Assembly: GCF_018977255.1 (NCBI RefSeq)
Contig: NW_024704749.1
Span: 14,632,001-14,696,000 of the forward strand
Direction of reading: 5' to 3'
Length of the DNA stretch: 64,000 nucleotides
From: Callorhinchus milii
Lineage: Eukaryota
Positions 63,986-64,000 of the stretch are shown here, piece by piece (position 1 is the stretch's first letter; each line of letters opens with the position of its first letter). The translations under genes were made by a program, and so were the position numbers. The notes below the pieces were generated by a model. The model made no database searches. It was given only the letters and a program-made list of their open reading frames with translations, and was not told the DNA's origin.

Positions 63986-64000
63986 TTAGGGGGAAAAAAA

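Noticed and set aside
1-64000. A novel protein-coding, viral or prokaryote-like system
   Set aside because: No long ORFs, operon structure, LTRs, or transposase/viral motifs are visible; content is explained by retroposon debris and unique non-coding DNA.

Overview
This is vertebrate non-coding DNA, almost certainly from a cartilaginous fish and probably a holocephalan/chimaera. That call is inferred from the repeat families, recognised from memory rather than by search. I could not recognise any host protein-coding gene, tRNA/rRNA gene or CRISPR array. The listed ORFs are chance frames or translations of repeats. The window is dominated by four repeat classes: (1) a tRNA-derived SINE family with an (ATT)n tail, present as an older long form and a younger short form; (2) older SacSINE1-like DeuSINEs; (3) 3' fragments of L2 and CR1 LINEs; (4) microsatellites. 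These are interspersed with unique, homeodomain-motif-rich blocks that may be conserved enhancers and a few isolated exon-like segments. The best-supported 'system' is a SINE/LINE one. The youngest SINEs carry the same 3' segment as an L2 element in the window. The family shows a stepwise history: a tRNA-Val-like head with a CORE-like segment, then a ~61-bp deletion, then a tRNA-Ala-like head. There is also a ~97%-identical inverted SINE pair, a three-layer nested insertion, and an unclassified ~125-140 bp element with a target-site duplication (TSD). Boundaries of degraded repeats are approximate, and identities were counted by eye.
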